Notes: generated by a model from the letters alone, not told the origin. A DNA stretch of 64,000 nt from an uncultured Clostridia bacterium (GCA_944383415.1 CALWPK010000004.1:44197-108196), one strand, 5' to 3'; shown: positions 1 to 8,832, numbered from the stretch's first letter. A program made the numbers and translations.

Positions 1-55
1 TATCCTGTTACGACCGAACTAAAATTTCCAATAGACGACTAAGGTGGAGAAATAA

Positions 56-1813
56 ATGCTGAATGAAAAACTGATAAATGCTATTAATTCAACCCTAGAC
101 GCCAATGCGACGGACGGATCTGAAAGGAGACTAAAACCTTCTGATTCTAAAATCATTTCTTCTGTAATAGGCAATTTAGATGAGCCAGATAAAAGAATTA
201 TTAGATCAATAAAATATGATCGTACCAGAATAATTGAAAGAATAAAAAATATTAATGTACCTCAAATGGTCAATGGAGAGCCTGCTGAGTTTTCTGTCCT
301 TTCATTTAAAATCGAAAATGGGGTACTTATACGACGAAACGAGTCTGAAATCGAATCGTATTTAGAACAAACTAATACCGAACAATTAATACAAGATCTC
401 TTGCAAGTAGTCCAAGTCATAACGAGCGATGAGCAATTACAGCAATATTATAAAGACCATAAACTTAAAAAAGATGAAAAGCAACCAATACCCTCTGACG
501 AAAAGGTACAATCCAGATTAAGCAAAGAAGATGCGGAAAAATACAAGCATTTAGATAGTTATGTTTCATCAGTTATGGCAGAAAATAAAGATGTATTTGA
601 GTTCTTAAATAGTGAACTCCATTTATCTTCACAAGAATTTGAACAAAAATTGAGCAATTTCCTTAATAACTATATGATTATAAATCTCGATAGTGCTAGA
701 CAACTTCAGATTGATCATAAGACTGCAGTCGACGCGGGAGGGACGCAAGAAATGTACTTTGTCTTGGGTGGTCCAGGTGCAGGTAAATCATCTACCATTT
801 CGACATTAAAAAATGAGATGTATGCATTTCATGCAGAAGCTGACGAGATTAAAAATCAGTTAGCTCTCGTATTCGGAATAGATGTCAATGCTCCAATAAT
901 CCACAAGTTGTCAGGCTTGGTACTAAAGGGAATACTAATACCTACATGCATAGATATGAGAATCAATTTTATATTAGAAAAAATAGGAGATGAGCCTCAT
1001 AAGATAGAGCATCTGGCTCGACAATATATCGAAAAAGGCTATGAAACGAATCTATATTGTATCCACATCGATACGGCAGAATCTAGAATCAGAAATATAG
1101 TGAGAGCATTGGAATATATGAAAAAGGGTGATCCGCCAAGAATGGTCGAGGATTCATCTGCAAAAAACATAGGCTACAATCCTCTCTTGACTTATATTAT
1201 GATGACTCAAATATGCGGTGAATTGTTTAAATCGGGCGAATGTAAAGTAAATCAAAACCCATATTCAATTGATCCTCAGACACTATGCACATTAAACCAC
1301 GGAACTGCAAGAAATGAAGAATTTATAAATGATTACATTAAAGATGCCAAAGTCTATCAAGATTATATTATCAATGCTCTTTTTGAAAGATTTTTAACTA
1401 AGAATCCAGACCTTTCACCTGAATGTCTTAGACTGATAGAAGTATATAAGGATAGAGTCTTAGATGGAAATCCTTATCTTGGTGATGATTTATTTGAAAA
1501 TCTTAGTGATCAAGAGGATATCTATGCCGTTTGCCAATTATTCACCATGACGAAATCGGCTTTAAACAACGCATTTAATCCTCTAGTGATCGTCTCACCT
1601 AATCCTATTTCTCCATTCAGTATTCCGATAGATCAAGAGTTTGATGTGTGTTATAGATCTAAAACAATTCATTTTGGAAATAATCAAAGCAGAATCAATA
1701 TGCTCATTGAAAGCATCACTTCAAAAGATAATGAATTATATAAAAGAGCAAGCGTAGAAGCCGAAAGACTTTTTGCAAAAATGATAGCAAATAAAAAAGG
1801 AGTTGAAGCATGA
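56..1813 (+). CDS. multidomain protein with central zeta-toxin-like P-loop kinase domain
   Basis: 585-aa ORF with SD aaggtggag upstream of the ATG. Walker A FVLGGPGAGKSS is followed by AEADEIK, EKIGDEP and CIHIDTAESRIRN blocks, in the order seen in zeta/PezT-type kinases. The N-terminal ~230 aa and C-terminal ~190 aa carry no motif I recognise. Confidence 0.6.
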   Translation: MLNEKLINAINSTLDANATDGSERRLKPSDSKIISSVIGNLDEPDKRIIRSIKYDRTRIIERIKNINVPQMVNGEPAEFSVLSFKIENGVLIRRNESEIESYLEQTNTEQLIQDLLQVVQVITSDEQLQQYYKDHKLKKDEKQPIPSDEKVQSRLSKEDAEKYKHLDSYVSSVMAENKDVFEFLNSELHLSSQEFEQKLSNFLNNYMIINLDSARQLQIDHKTAVDAGGTQEMYFVLGGPGAGKSSTISTLKNEMYAFHAEADEIKNQLALVFGIDVNAPIIHKLSGLVLKGILIPTCIDMRINFILEKIGDEPHKIEHLARQYIEKGYETNLYCIHIDTAESRIRNIVRALEYMKKGDPPRMVEDSSAKNIGYNPLLTYIMMTQICGELFKSGECKVNQNPYSIDPQTLCTLNHGTARNEEFINDYIKDAKVYQDYIINALFERFLTKNPDLSPECLRLIEVYKDRVLDGNPYLGDDLFENLSDQEDIYAVCQLFTMTKSALNNAFNPLVIVSPNPISPFSIPIDQEFDVCYRSKTIHFGNNQSRINMLIESITSKDNELYKRASVEAERLFAKMIANKKGVEA

Positions 1814-2661
1814 TAGATTTACATCAGCACAGTATATTTTCGGACGGATCAGATTCTATAAATGATCTCATAAAAAACAATGTCAAATCTGATATACAGA
1901 TTATGGCACTTACTGATCATGACACGATCGATGGTTGTAAAAAAGTATTAAACTCTTCTACAAACTATAATATTTCATTTATACCAGGTATAGAATTTTC
2001 AACTCAAGATAAAGGTGAGTCTATTCATATATTAGCATTCGGTTTTGATGTGGATGATCCTATTATAGAAAGATTATTAAAAGAATCTATCGAACTGAGA
2101 AAAAAAAGAGTTTATGAAAGGGTATCAATTTTAGAAAGGGACTTTAAAATCTATCTCACAAAAGAAGAAATGGAATTAATCAATAAATCTAATAATCCTA
2201 ATAAGATATTACTCGCTAATATTTTGATAAAAAATGGTTATGCTGATAACATCTCTGATGCTATAAAAAAATATTTATATCATAAGATGCCCGAATCTAA
2301 ATTGTCTACCGAATATGTATTAAGAAATCTTGATAAATCCACTGCGATATCTTCTTATGCTCACGGCTTGGGCGGTGTGGATGAAAAGAGAGTCGAAAAA
2401 GATGTGTTTGAAGAGAGGCTAAAGCGTTTTGTCAACTATGGTTTGAAAGCGTTGGAATGCTATTACTCGCTATACAACAAAACTGAACAACGATATCTCG
2501 AAGAATCGTCAAATAAATACTCTCTTTTGAGATCTGGCGGAAGTGATTATCATGGCAGTGTAAAAACTGTGAAAATTGGTGAATTATCATCAGACGGCAC
2601 TGTACCTGATACTAAAAATTTTACTATATTGAAAGCTATAAAAAACATATATAAGATATAA
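1810..2661 (+). CDS. PHP-domain phosphoesterase (TrpH/YciV-like)
   Basis: 283-aa ORF whose ATG overlaps the upstream TGA (ATGA at 1810-1813). PHP signatures are IDLHQHSIFSDG, ALTDHDTIDG, IHILAFG and GGSDYHG. Confidence 0.8.
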   Translation: MIDLHQHSIFSDGSDSINDLIKNNVKSDIQIMALTDHDTIDGCKKVLNSSTNYNISFIPGIEFSTQDKGESIHILAFGFDVDDPIIERLLKESIELRKKRVYERVSILERDFKIYLTKEEMELINKSNNPNKILLANILIKNGYADNISDAIKKYLYHKMPESKLSTEYVLRNLDKSTAISSYAHGLGGVDEKRVEKDVFEERLKRFVNYGLKALECYYSLYNKTEQRYLEESSNKYSLLRSGGSDYHGSVKTVKIGELSSDGTVPDTKNFTILKAIKNIYKI

Positions 2662-2815
2662 ATTTTTATTACCTATATAAACATGAGTTTAATATTTTAA
2701 GACAATAATTTATTTAGGTAGTTACAATCTTTATAAATTTTCATCTCAATTATTGTCTATTATCCTACTTATTTCCACTCTCTATATGTCTTTATAAATA
2801 CAAAAATGATTAAAA

Positions 2816-2868
2816 AAATTAGAATCCCAATCTAATCAATAACTGTTTTGGATAGATTCTAATTTTTT
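2816..2868. terminator. bidirectional stem-loop between convergent genes
   Basis: aaattagaatc (about 2817-2826) pairs with gattctaattt (about 2854-2864). An A-run lies before it and a T-run after it. It sits just downstream of the minus ORF that ends at 2887. Confidence 0.45.
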
Positions 2869-2886
2869 GTTTTAATAGTCTAAGTT

Positions 2887-3234
2887 TTAAATAGTTTCCC
2901 CTTCGCTCAATGAGTCGATCGCCGATTTGTCTATCGTCTCAAAGGCTTCGCTAAAAATCTGGGTCAATTCATTATATTCGTCTATTGTTAATGCTAAAAC
3001 TGCCTCTTCTACACAGTTTCTATACGGTTCGAATTTGTGCAGATTCTGTAGCTCATGTTGGATCAGTTTCATATCACTGTCTGACAGTTTGTCTTTCATT
3101 TCTTTTACCTTAGACACAAGAGTATTCACATATGATTGTGCCCCAAAGGCAATCTCTTGCACCAATGTTTTCGCTGAGGACTTCTCTTCACTCTCTTTGT
3201 CCGAAAATATTCTAATGAGATCACGAATAGGCAA
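2887..3234 (-). CDS. hypothetical acidic helical protein
   Basis: 115-aa ORF with a TTG start and no clear SD. The overlapping plus ORF 2927..3262 has antisense-shadow composition. Confidence 0.35.
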   Translation of the reverse strand: MPIRDLIRIFSDKESEEKSSAKTLVQEIAFGAQSYVNTLVSKVKEMKDKLSDSDMKLIQHELQNLHKFEPYRNCVEEAVLALTIDEYNELTQIFSEAFETIDKSAIDSLSEGETI

Positions 3235-3408
3235 CCACGTCGCAACTAGGCTTATTGTCTAGTTGTCTTTTTATTAACTTGAACCTTTATTTTCACATTT
3301 TTCACATTTTTGAAGTGATCTTAAAACTGTAGCGAAATTGAGGCAAAAAAAATCAACCAAATCGCATTGATCTAGTTGATTGTAGTGTATCTATCAGTAA
3401 AATATTAT

Positions 3409-4850
3409 TTAAGATTTTAAAGTGAGGTACCCTTTTTCTCCGCCGACAAGTTCGCCCGCATCATTGTATATCGCGGTGTCTACTCGGGCGTAAGCATAGT
3501 CTACTACAGCACTATCATAAACTGTGCCGTTCCCGCCCACTAAATCGTAATATTGGCTAAACATATCTGTTGATGCAGTCACATTATTTGTCGACCAATC
3601 GTCGCTTATATAAATTGTATTTAAATTTTGACAGTTATTAAACATACCTGTCATTTTTGTCACGCTACTAGTATTGAAACTAGAGAGATCAAGTTCGATC
3701 AAACTAGAGCATCCGTAGAACATAAAAGCCATATTCGTTACATTGGATATATTGAAATTTCTGAGATAAATATTTTTTAGACTTGAGCAGTCGTTGAACA
3801 TATAATTCATAGTAGTCACGTTGCTAGTGTTGAAGTTTGAGACATCGATAGAAGAAAGTGCTGTGCATCTACTGAACATACTACTCATAGAGGTCACTTT
3901 GGAGGTATCGAATTTCTCGTCATCCTAAGTGAGCGTCTGAAGTTCTGAGCATCCGTTGAACATTTGTGTCATATCTGTCACATTCCTTGTATCAAAGTTG
4001 GACAAATTAAATGTATCCAGCGCACGGCAAGATGAAAACATACTTTCCATATTCGTCACTTGACTAGTTACAAATTTTGTCGTATCAATATTAATATACT
4101 CATGATCGTAGCAATTAGTAAACATTCTTCTCATATATGTCACATTTGAAGTGCTGAAAGTAAACAAGTCAAGTCCCTTTAATTGAAACAATTATTAAAG
4201 ATATGAGACATATTCGTTACATTAGTTGTATCAAAATTCGATAAATCTAGGCTTGTCAGCATAGAACATCCATTAAACATTTGTTGCATATCAAGAACAT
4301 TGGTAGTGACAAAATGCGTGACATCCAACTCAATCAAACTAGAGCAATTGTAGAACATATATGCGAGGTTTGTGGTGGCACTGGTTATTTGGAAATTGTT
4401 GAAATCTATCTCTTTGAGGGCTGTGAAATTCCTAAAAGATTGAGACATATCCGCACTGCAGATTATGTCTCCTGTGGATAGAATGTAGACGATACTGGCG
4501 CCGTCAGTGTTTGTAGCACGGTAGATCTCTACCGTGATCTCGTTCCAACTAAGGCTCGCCCCGACTAGTCCTGATAGAAGGTTATCCCCCCCCCCCCGGT
4601 GTATACTGAGGTGTCATTCTCTACTTAGTCGTAATGGTCAAATACTATACGAGATATGCTATCTTCCTCTTGAGTATAGTCATTATTTACCTTGATCGCT
4701 TGGTTCAATGTAATACCACTAGTTATGTCAGTGGCTACATAATATATCCTGGTAGGAGAATAAAATGTATCATTCGTAGCAGAAAAAAGCAACTATCATT
4801 GCACATAGCGATAGTATCAATACGAATAGACAGATGTATATCACTGTCAA
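3409..4850 (-). pseudogene. decayed BspA/DUF285-type leucine-rich-repeat surface (lipo)protein gene
   Basis: Minus-strand fragments 4448-4179, 4191-3925 and 3897-3409 all carry the ~25-aa repeat NVTxMxxMFxxCxxLxxLDLSNFDTS. A 1-nt frameshift near 4185-4191 and an in-frame TAG at 3925-3927 separate them. The upstream continuation (4792-4598) is in another frame, contains an in-frame TAA at 4625-4627, and is joined through a G12 run. A hydrophobic N-terminal segment from TTG 4850 lies in a third frame. Confidence 0.75.
4586..4597 (-). repeat. homopolymer: C12 on plus strand, G12 on the coding strand of the LRR pseudogene
   Basis: Counted directly: gttat + 12 c + ggtg. With 12 G the upstream frame (..VENDTSVYTGGGG) and the downstream frame (DNLLSGLVGASLSWNEITVEIY..) are out of register. 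A run of 13 or 10 G would join them. Confidence 0.9.
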
Positions 4851-5358
4851 TATCTTTCTACCCGGTCTATTGAATCTCTACCTCCTTAGTTTTATTTTTA
4901 ATAAATTTAATGTGATCAATACTTATTTTGATTTATCATACAATTTTAGCAATTGAATGATTAATTTTAGATAATTATTTCAATGACTAGATACTAGATA
5001 TTGAATAAATTATTCAATTTAACTATCCGATTAGGCATACATTTTGACTTTTATAATTAATATAGGATCGCTAAACTAAACTTAATAAGATTAAATAATA
5101 ATATCCGCTTAAGCTTTGTCTATTTGTTGTCTAGATTTTTATTTCAACAATTTGATATGTATCTTAATTAGTATGTACTAGACCAAACAATCTATTACAA
5201 TTTTAACTTTCATCGCCCGTGATATCAACTGATTGGAGCAGAATTTGAAAAAAATACGGAGGAATTATCGCATTTTTGACACATTTTAGACGAAATCAAA
5301 GATTTTCACAGTATTCTACAGTAAAACATTTTTAACTATAAAAGAGATATGATATAAT

Positions 5359-5994
5359 ATGGGTATACTGGATGAATATGCAGATCTCATCAATGCTAGT
5401 TTTAGTCGATGGATAGAAGTTGAGGACGATCAGTCTCGGTGGACGATAGAAGATTTTCCATACTCTACTGGCGTGGATGAGGCTGTCACCTATCCTCACT
5501 GCTGGAGGTGTGTGACAGTGAATCATTGCTGGTTCAAAAATGAGGCGAACAAAAAGCCCTTCCGCTTCGACTATTCCAACACGTCCTTTTCTCAAACGCC
5601 GTTAAGCAAACGAGGACTATACCACCCTCATTGTCACTGCAAAGAATCGGCTATAAACGTACCGAAAGTGAATAATATAAAACTAATACTAGATAATGCT
5701 AAAAAAAATTATTTCTTTGATTCTAAATTAGGTTGGTTCCATAGTTGGGGATATAAAAATTCAGATAAGAACAATTTTATAGAAATGATTAAAAATAAAA
5801 TTGCTGAGGCATTTAGATATGGAAATTATACGAAAGAAAAACTCACGCGAACGGGATATCAAATCAACATCAGCATAACTATACCTGGAAAAAATGAAAA
5901 AATAAACAAAGAGTATGAAATAGTCTCTGCGTTTATCATCTTTCCAAAAGGGACTTTAAGATGTATGACATTAGTTGGAGGTAGAGAAAATTGA
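5359..5994 (+). CDS. orphan MuF/SPP1-gp7-like Cys-His knuckle fused to a putative toxin-tip domain
   Basis: 211-aa ORF with no SD and ~490 bp of ORF-free DNA upstream. The cluster YPHCWRC...HPHCHC resembles the HPNCRC-type end of phage head-morphogenesis (MuF/gp7) domains. The C-terminal ~100 aa (KNYFFDSKLGWFHSWGY...GTLRCMTLVGG) recalls, from memory, a DUF6883-like toxin-associated domain. Confidence 0.45.
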   Translation: MGILDEYADLINASFSRWIEVEDDQSRWTIEDFPYSTGVDEAVTYPHCWRCVTVNHCWFKNEANKKPFRFDYSNTSFSQTPLSKRGLYHPHCHCKESAINVPKVNNIKLILDNAKKNYFFDSKLGWFHSWGYKNSDKNNFIEMIKNKIAEAFRYGNYTKEKLTRTGYQINISITIPGKNEKINKEYEIVSAFIIFPKGTLRCMTLVGGREN

Positions 5995-6329
5995 AATATT
6001 TTGATAAGGTTAAATTGACCGTAGATAGAGACCGTTACAAAGAAGATGGCATTCAAAAAGGTGAAATTGGGACGATATGGCTACCTGAGATCCGAGATAA
6101 TGAATTCTATGTCTGCTTTGAGACGGGCGATGAATATAATTGGTACAAATACTCTATGATTAAAATCTCAGATCTAGAGTTTGTAGAGGACGGAAAATGC
6201 CCCGATGAGGACATTTTAGACGCGCTACCCAAAAACAATCCTAAATGGTGGTGCAAGGTCGAGTACGGCTACATTACAAATTTGATAGGCGAGAAGAAAA
6301 ACAAGATACCGTATGATTATGACTCATAA
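5991..6329 (+). CDS. immunity-like small protein, paralog 1 (DUF4926-like N-terminus)
   Basis: 112-aa ORF whose TTG start overlaps the upstream TGA (TTGA at 5991-5994). The N-terminus FDKVKLTVDRDRYKEDGIQKGEIGTIW is SH3-like/DUF4926-like. The C-terminal tail LPKNNPKWWCKVEYGYITNLIGEKKNKIPYDYDS is shared with the next ORF. Confidence 0.6.
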   Translation: MKYFDKVKLTVDRDRYKEDGIQKGEIGTIWLPEIRDNEFYVCFETGDEYNWYKYSMIKISDLEFVEDGKCPDEDILDALPKNNPKWWCKVEYGYITNLIGEKKNKIPYDYDS

Positions 6330-6405
6330 GTGAACTTTATCATTTTTGCTCTTTGAACCAATTCTAAAAGTAAACATCGGGGATCGCACATAGGAGGATA
6401 TCAAA

Positions 6406-6789
6406 ATGAAAGAATATGACGAGGTTAAGGTTATCAACGACAATGAATATTATAATTCTCAAGGAGTTTTTGCGGGAATGGTCGGCAGGATCATACAGCC
6501 TGAGATCAGAGATAATAGTTTTTTAGTTTGTTTTATCGATCCTAAATTCTCAGACCCGACATTTGACTTCTCATCTGAAGAAAATATAAAGTCTCTAAAA
6601 AATGACATCCTGCTAGATATCAAAATTTCCGATTTAGAATTAGTCAAGGAAGGAATGTGCTCTGATAAAGATATTTTAGACGAATTGCCCAAAAACAATC
6701 CTAAGTGGTGGTGTAAAGTCGAAAACGGGTATATTATGAACCTGCTTGGCGAGAAGAAAAACAAAATCCCTTATGACTATGATTCTTAA
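6406..6789 (+). CDS. immunity-like small protein, paralog 2
   Basis: 127-aa ORF with SD aggagga upstream. It has the same architecture and a near-identical tail, LPKNNPKWWCKVENGYIMNLLGEKKNKIPYDYDS. Confidence 0.6.
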   Translation: MKEYDEVKVINDNEYYNSQGVFAGMVGRIIQPEIRDNSFLVCFIDPKFSDPTFDFSSEENIKSLKNDILLDIKISDLELVKEGMCSDKDILDELPKNNPKWWCKVENGYIMNLLGEKKNKIPYDYDS

Positions 6790-6914
6790 ATAATACAAGC
6801 ATATATATATGTTTTAAATTATAAAAAAATCATAAAAATAAAAAAATACAGGAAAAGATATAAAATTACATATTTTTTTATTGGTTTTTTAAAAATTTTT
6901 GAATATATTTTAAT

Positions 6915-7538
6915 ATGATTCATTTTGGAATTAATTTCAAAAAGTCAAAATTCGGTTTCTCTTTGACTCGCGAAAATTATATTCACCCATCAAAAAAGAG
7001 TTCATTTAATAATACCGAATATGATGACGAATATATTATAAGCCATACCAAGCGCGCATTATTCAATTTTGATTTGAATATGAGATTTTTTTCTAAACTT
7101 GATAGCGAAGAATTCAATCGCACGATTGAGAATTTTTCTAGGCAATATCCGCAATTCATAGAGATCAAAGACTTAAACGAATACCGATATCAGAGCGGAT
7201 ATTATTTGCTCGTTTTGGACAAATACAAACAAATTTATCTCGGCACCACCTATGATATTTGTCGTAGGATTCGCGATCATTGGACGAGGTCGAAACAATT
7301 TGATAGATTGATGTTCGGCTCGGTTTTCACTTCTCGACTCTCAATTGATTCATTCCGCCCGCTAGACACCACTAGAATTTTTGTCTACACTACTAATGAG
7401 ACATTTGAGAATGAGGACAAATTTATTTCCTATTTCCCCGATAAATTCATCCTCAACCGCACAAAGGGAGGTATGCTTGATCTTGGTTTGTCTCAGGCGA
7501 TATCAAATAGGAAATATCGCAATCTTATTGATATTTAA
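6915..7538 (+). CDS. GIY-YIG nuclease-domain protein
   Basis: 207-aa ORF. The segment SGYYLLVLDKYKQIYLGTTYDICRRIRDHW fits the GIY..YIG..R..H layout. A downstream FENEDKF..NRTKGG could supply the Glu/Asn. The N-terminal ~85 aa are unassigned. Confidence 0.5.
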   Translation: MIHFGINFKKSKFGFSLTRENYIHPSKKSSFNNTEYDDEYIISHTKRALFNFDLNMRFFSKLDSEEFNRTIENFSRQYPQFIEIKDLNEYRYQSGYYLLVLDKYKQIYLGTTYDICRRIRDHWTRSKQFDRLMFGSVFTSRLSIDSFRPLDTTRIFVYTTNETFENEDKFISYFPDKFILNRTKGGMLDLGLSQAISNRKYRNLIDI

Positions 7539-7638
7539 ATAAAAAAATTATCTGCGAATTATAAAAAAGCACTTTATCATGCAATGAGTGATCTAAGTCT
7601 TATCACTTTGCAATTATTAAAGTTCATTTTTTTAATAG

Positions 7639-8832
7639 TTATTTATCTGTTTTTGAACAATTGTTATCTAAGTTGATAACATCATTAAACACATTTAATG
7701 GTTCAAGATTTTTGAATTCCCCCTCTAAAATATTCTTCAACTTATCAATGCTTTTTTCATCAATATTCGAATCCTCAATTATAAACTTTAAATAGCAATT
7801 GTAATTACATACATTTTTAATTTCTTCATTTAAACAATCTATTTTATAATCATCAAGATATTTTTTCACATCCTCTCTTTCAAGCGATTTTTCTATGAAT
7901 GATAAAAACTCTTTTATCCCTTTTACCAATGTTTCAACATTTTGTTGCATATCAAAATTGTCTGCAGCATAATTTTTTATAATCATACTGATCGGTTCTG
8001 ATATGTTTGTAATATATATATTTAAACAACTTTTGTCAAATCCTGAAATTTTAGTTTCCCCTGTAAAATAAGCCATTGAGAATGCTTCATTAAATAAATA
8101 TTTGAGGACAAAAACTATATTTACAAAAGGTGAATATGTCCAATTAACATGATATGGATCAATTTTTTTATTGTCTATATAAAAATACTGGATATCTGAA
8201 AATCCATCGTCAAGCAAGACATTATGAGCGATGAATTCAGTCAATGCTTCATAAATGTAATTTTTATTTATATTCAGAGCATTCTCAACTGTGTTTGCGC
8301 TTATTACTCTTCTATTTGTAATTAGTCCACCGTGCGCAATATAATATGTATAATTTTCTTTGCTGGTATCTTCTTTTGTCAAATTGGTATACTTTTCCTC
8401 ATCATATTTCAAAAACTCTACGAAATTCATTGCATGTGTCAACTCGTGCAAAAAGATAACTATATGTCTTATCACTTGATATTTATAATTGTTTAAATCT
8501 TCACCCGTCAAACCTTCTGGAATTTCATTTTTCAAAAACGCTGTATCAATATTAGGAAATAATTTTAATTCGTATTTTAAGGCTAAATATTTTTCATCAA
8601 AATCTTCAACCAATACACCCGCTCTTCCATTTTCCCCAATACCTATCGGCTCAATTTTGAAATCTTCAATCCTTAATAAATTATCTATGCACCTGTCATC
8701 AACAGGAAACTGCCGGCAAACCGCTTTTAGATATTTTTGAACGATTTCATCTAAAAAATCAGATTGATTTTTAATCAATTCTCTTAGATGACTATTCATA
8801 TATTTCCCCAAAAAATATTCACTTCTTTTCAT
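7639..8832 (-). CDS. HExxH motif protein (putative Zn-metallopeptidase-like)
   Basis: 397-aa ORF with a single VIFLHELTHAMNF motif and a downstream EALTEF as a possible third ligand. No signal peptide is evident. Confidence 0.45.
   Translation of the reverse strand: MKRSEYFLGKYMNSHLRELIKNQSDFLDEIVQKYLKAVCRQFPVDDRCIDNLLRIEDFKIEPIGIGENGRAGVLVEDFDEKYLALKYELKLFPNIDTAFLKNEIPEGLTGEDLNNYKYQVIRHIVIFLHELTHAMNFVEFLKYDEEKYTNLTKEDTSKENYTYYIAHGGLITNRRVISANTVENALNINKNYIYEALTEFIAHNVLLDDGFSDIQYFYIDNKKIDPYHVNWTYSPFVNIVFVLKYLFNEAFSMAYFTGETKISGFDKSCLNIYITNISEPISMIIKNYAADNFDMQQNVETLVKGIKEFLSFIEKSLEREDVKKYLDDYKIDCLNEEIKNVCNYNCYLKFIIEDSNIDEKSIDKLKNILEGEFKNLEPLNVFNDVINLDNNCSKTDK

Noticed and set aside
4634-4873. 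Plus-strand 79-aa ORF in the region upstream of the LRR fragments.
   Set aside because: It is antisense to the readable N-terminal remains of the LRR pseudogene (TNDTFYSPTRIYYVATDITSG.. on the minus strand) and has no SD.
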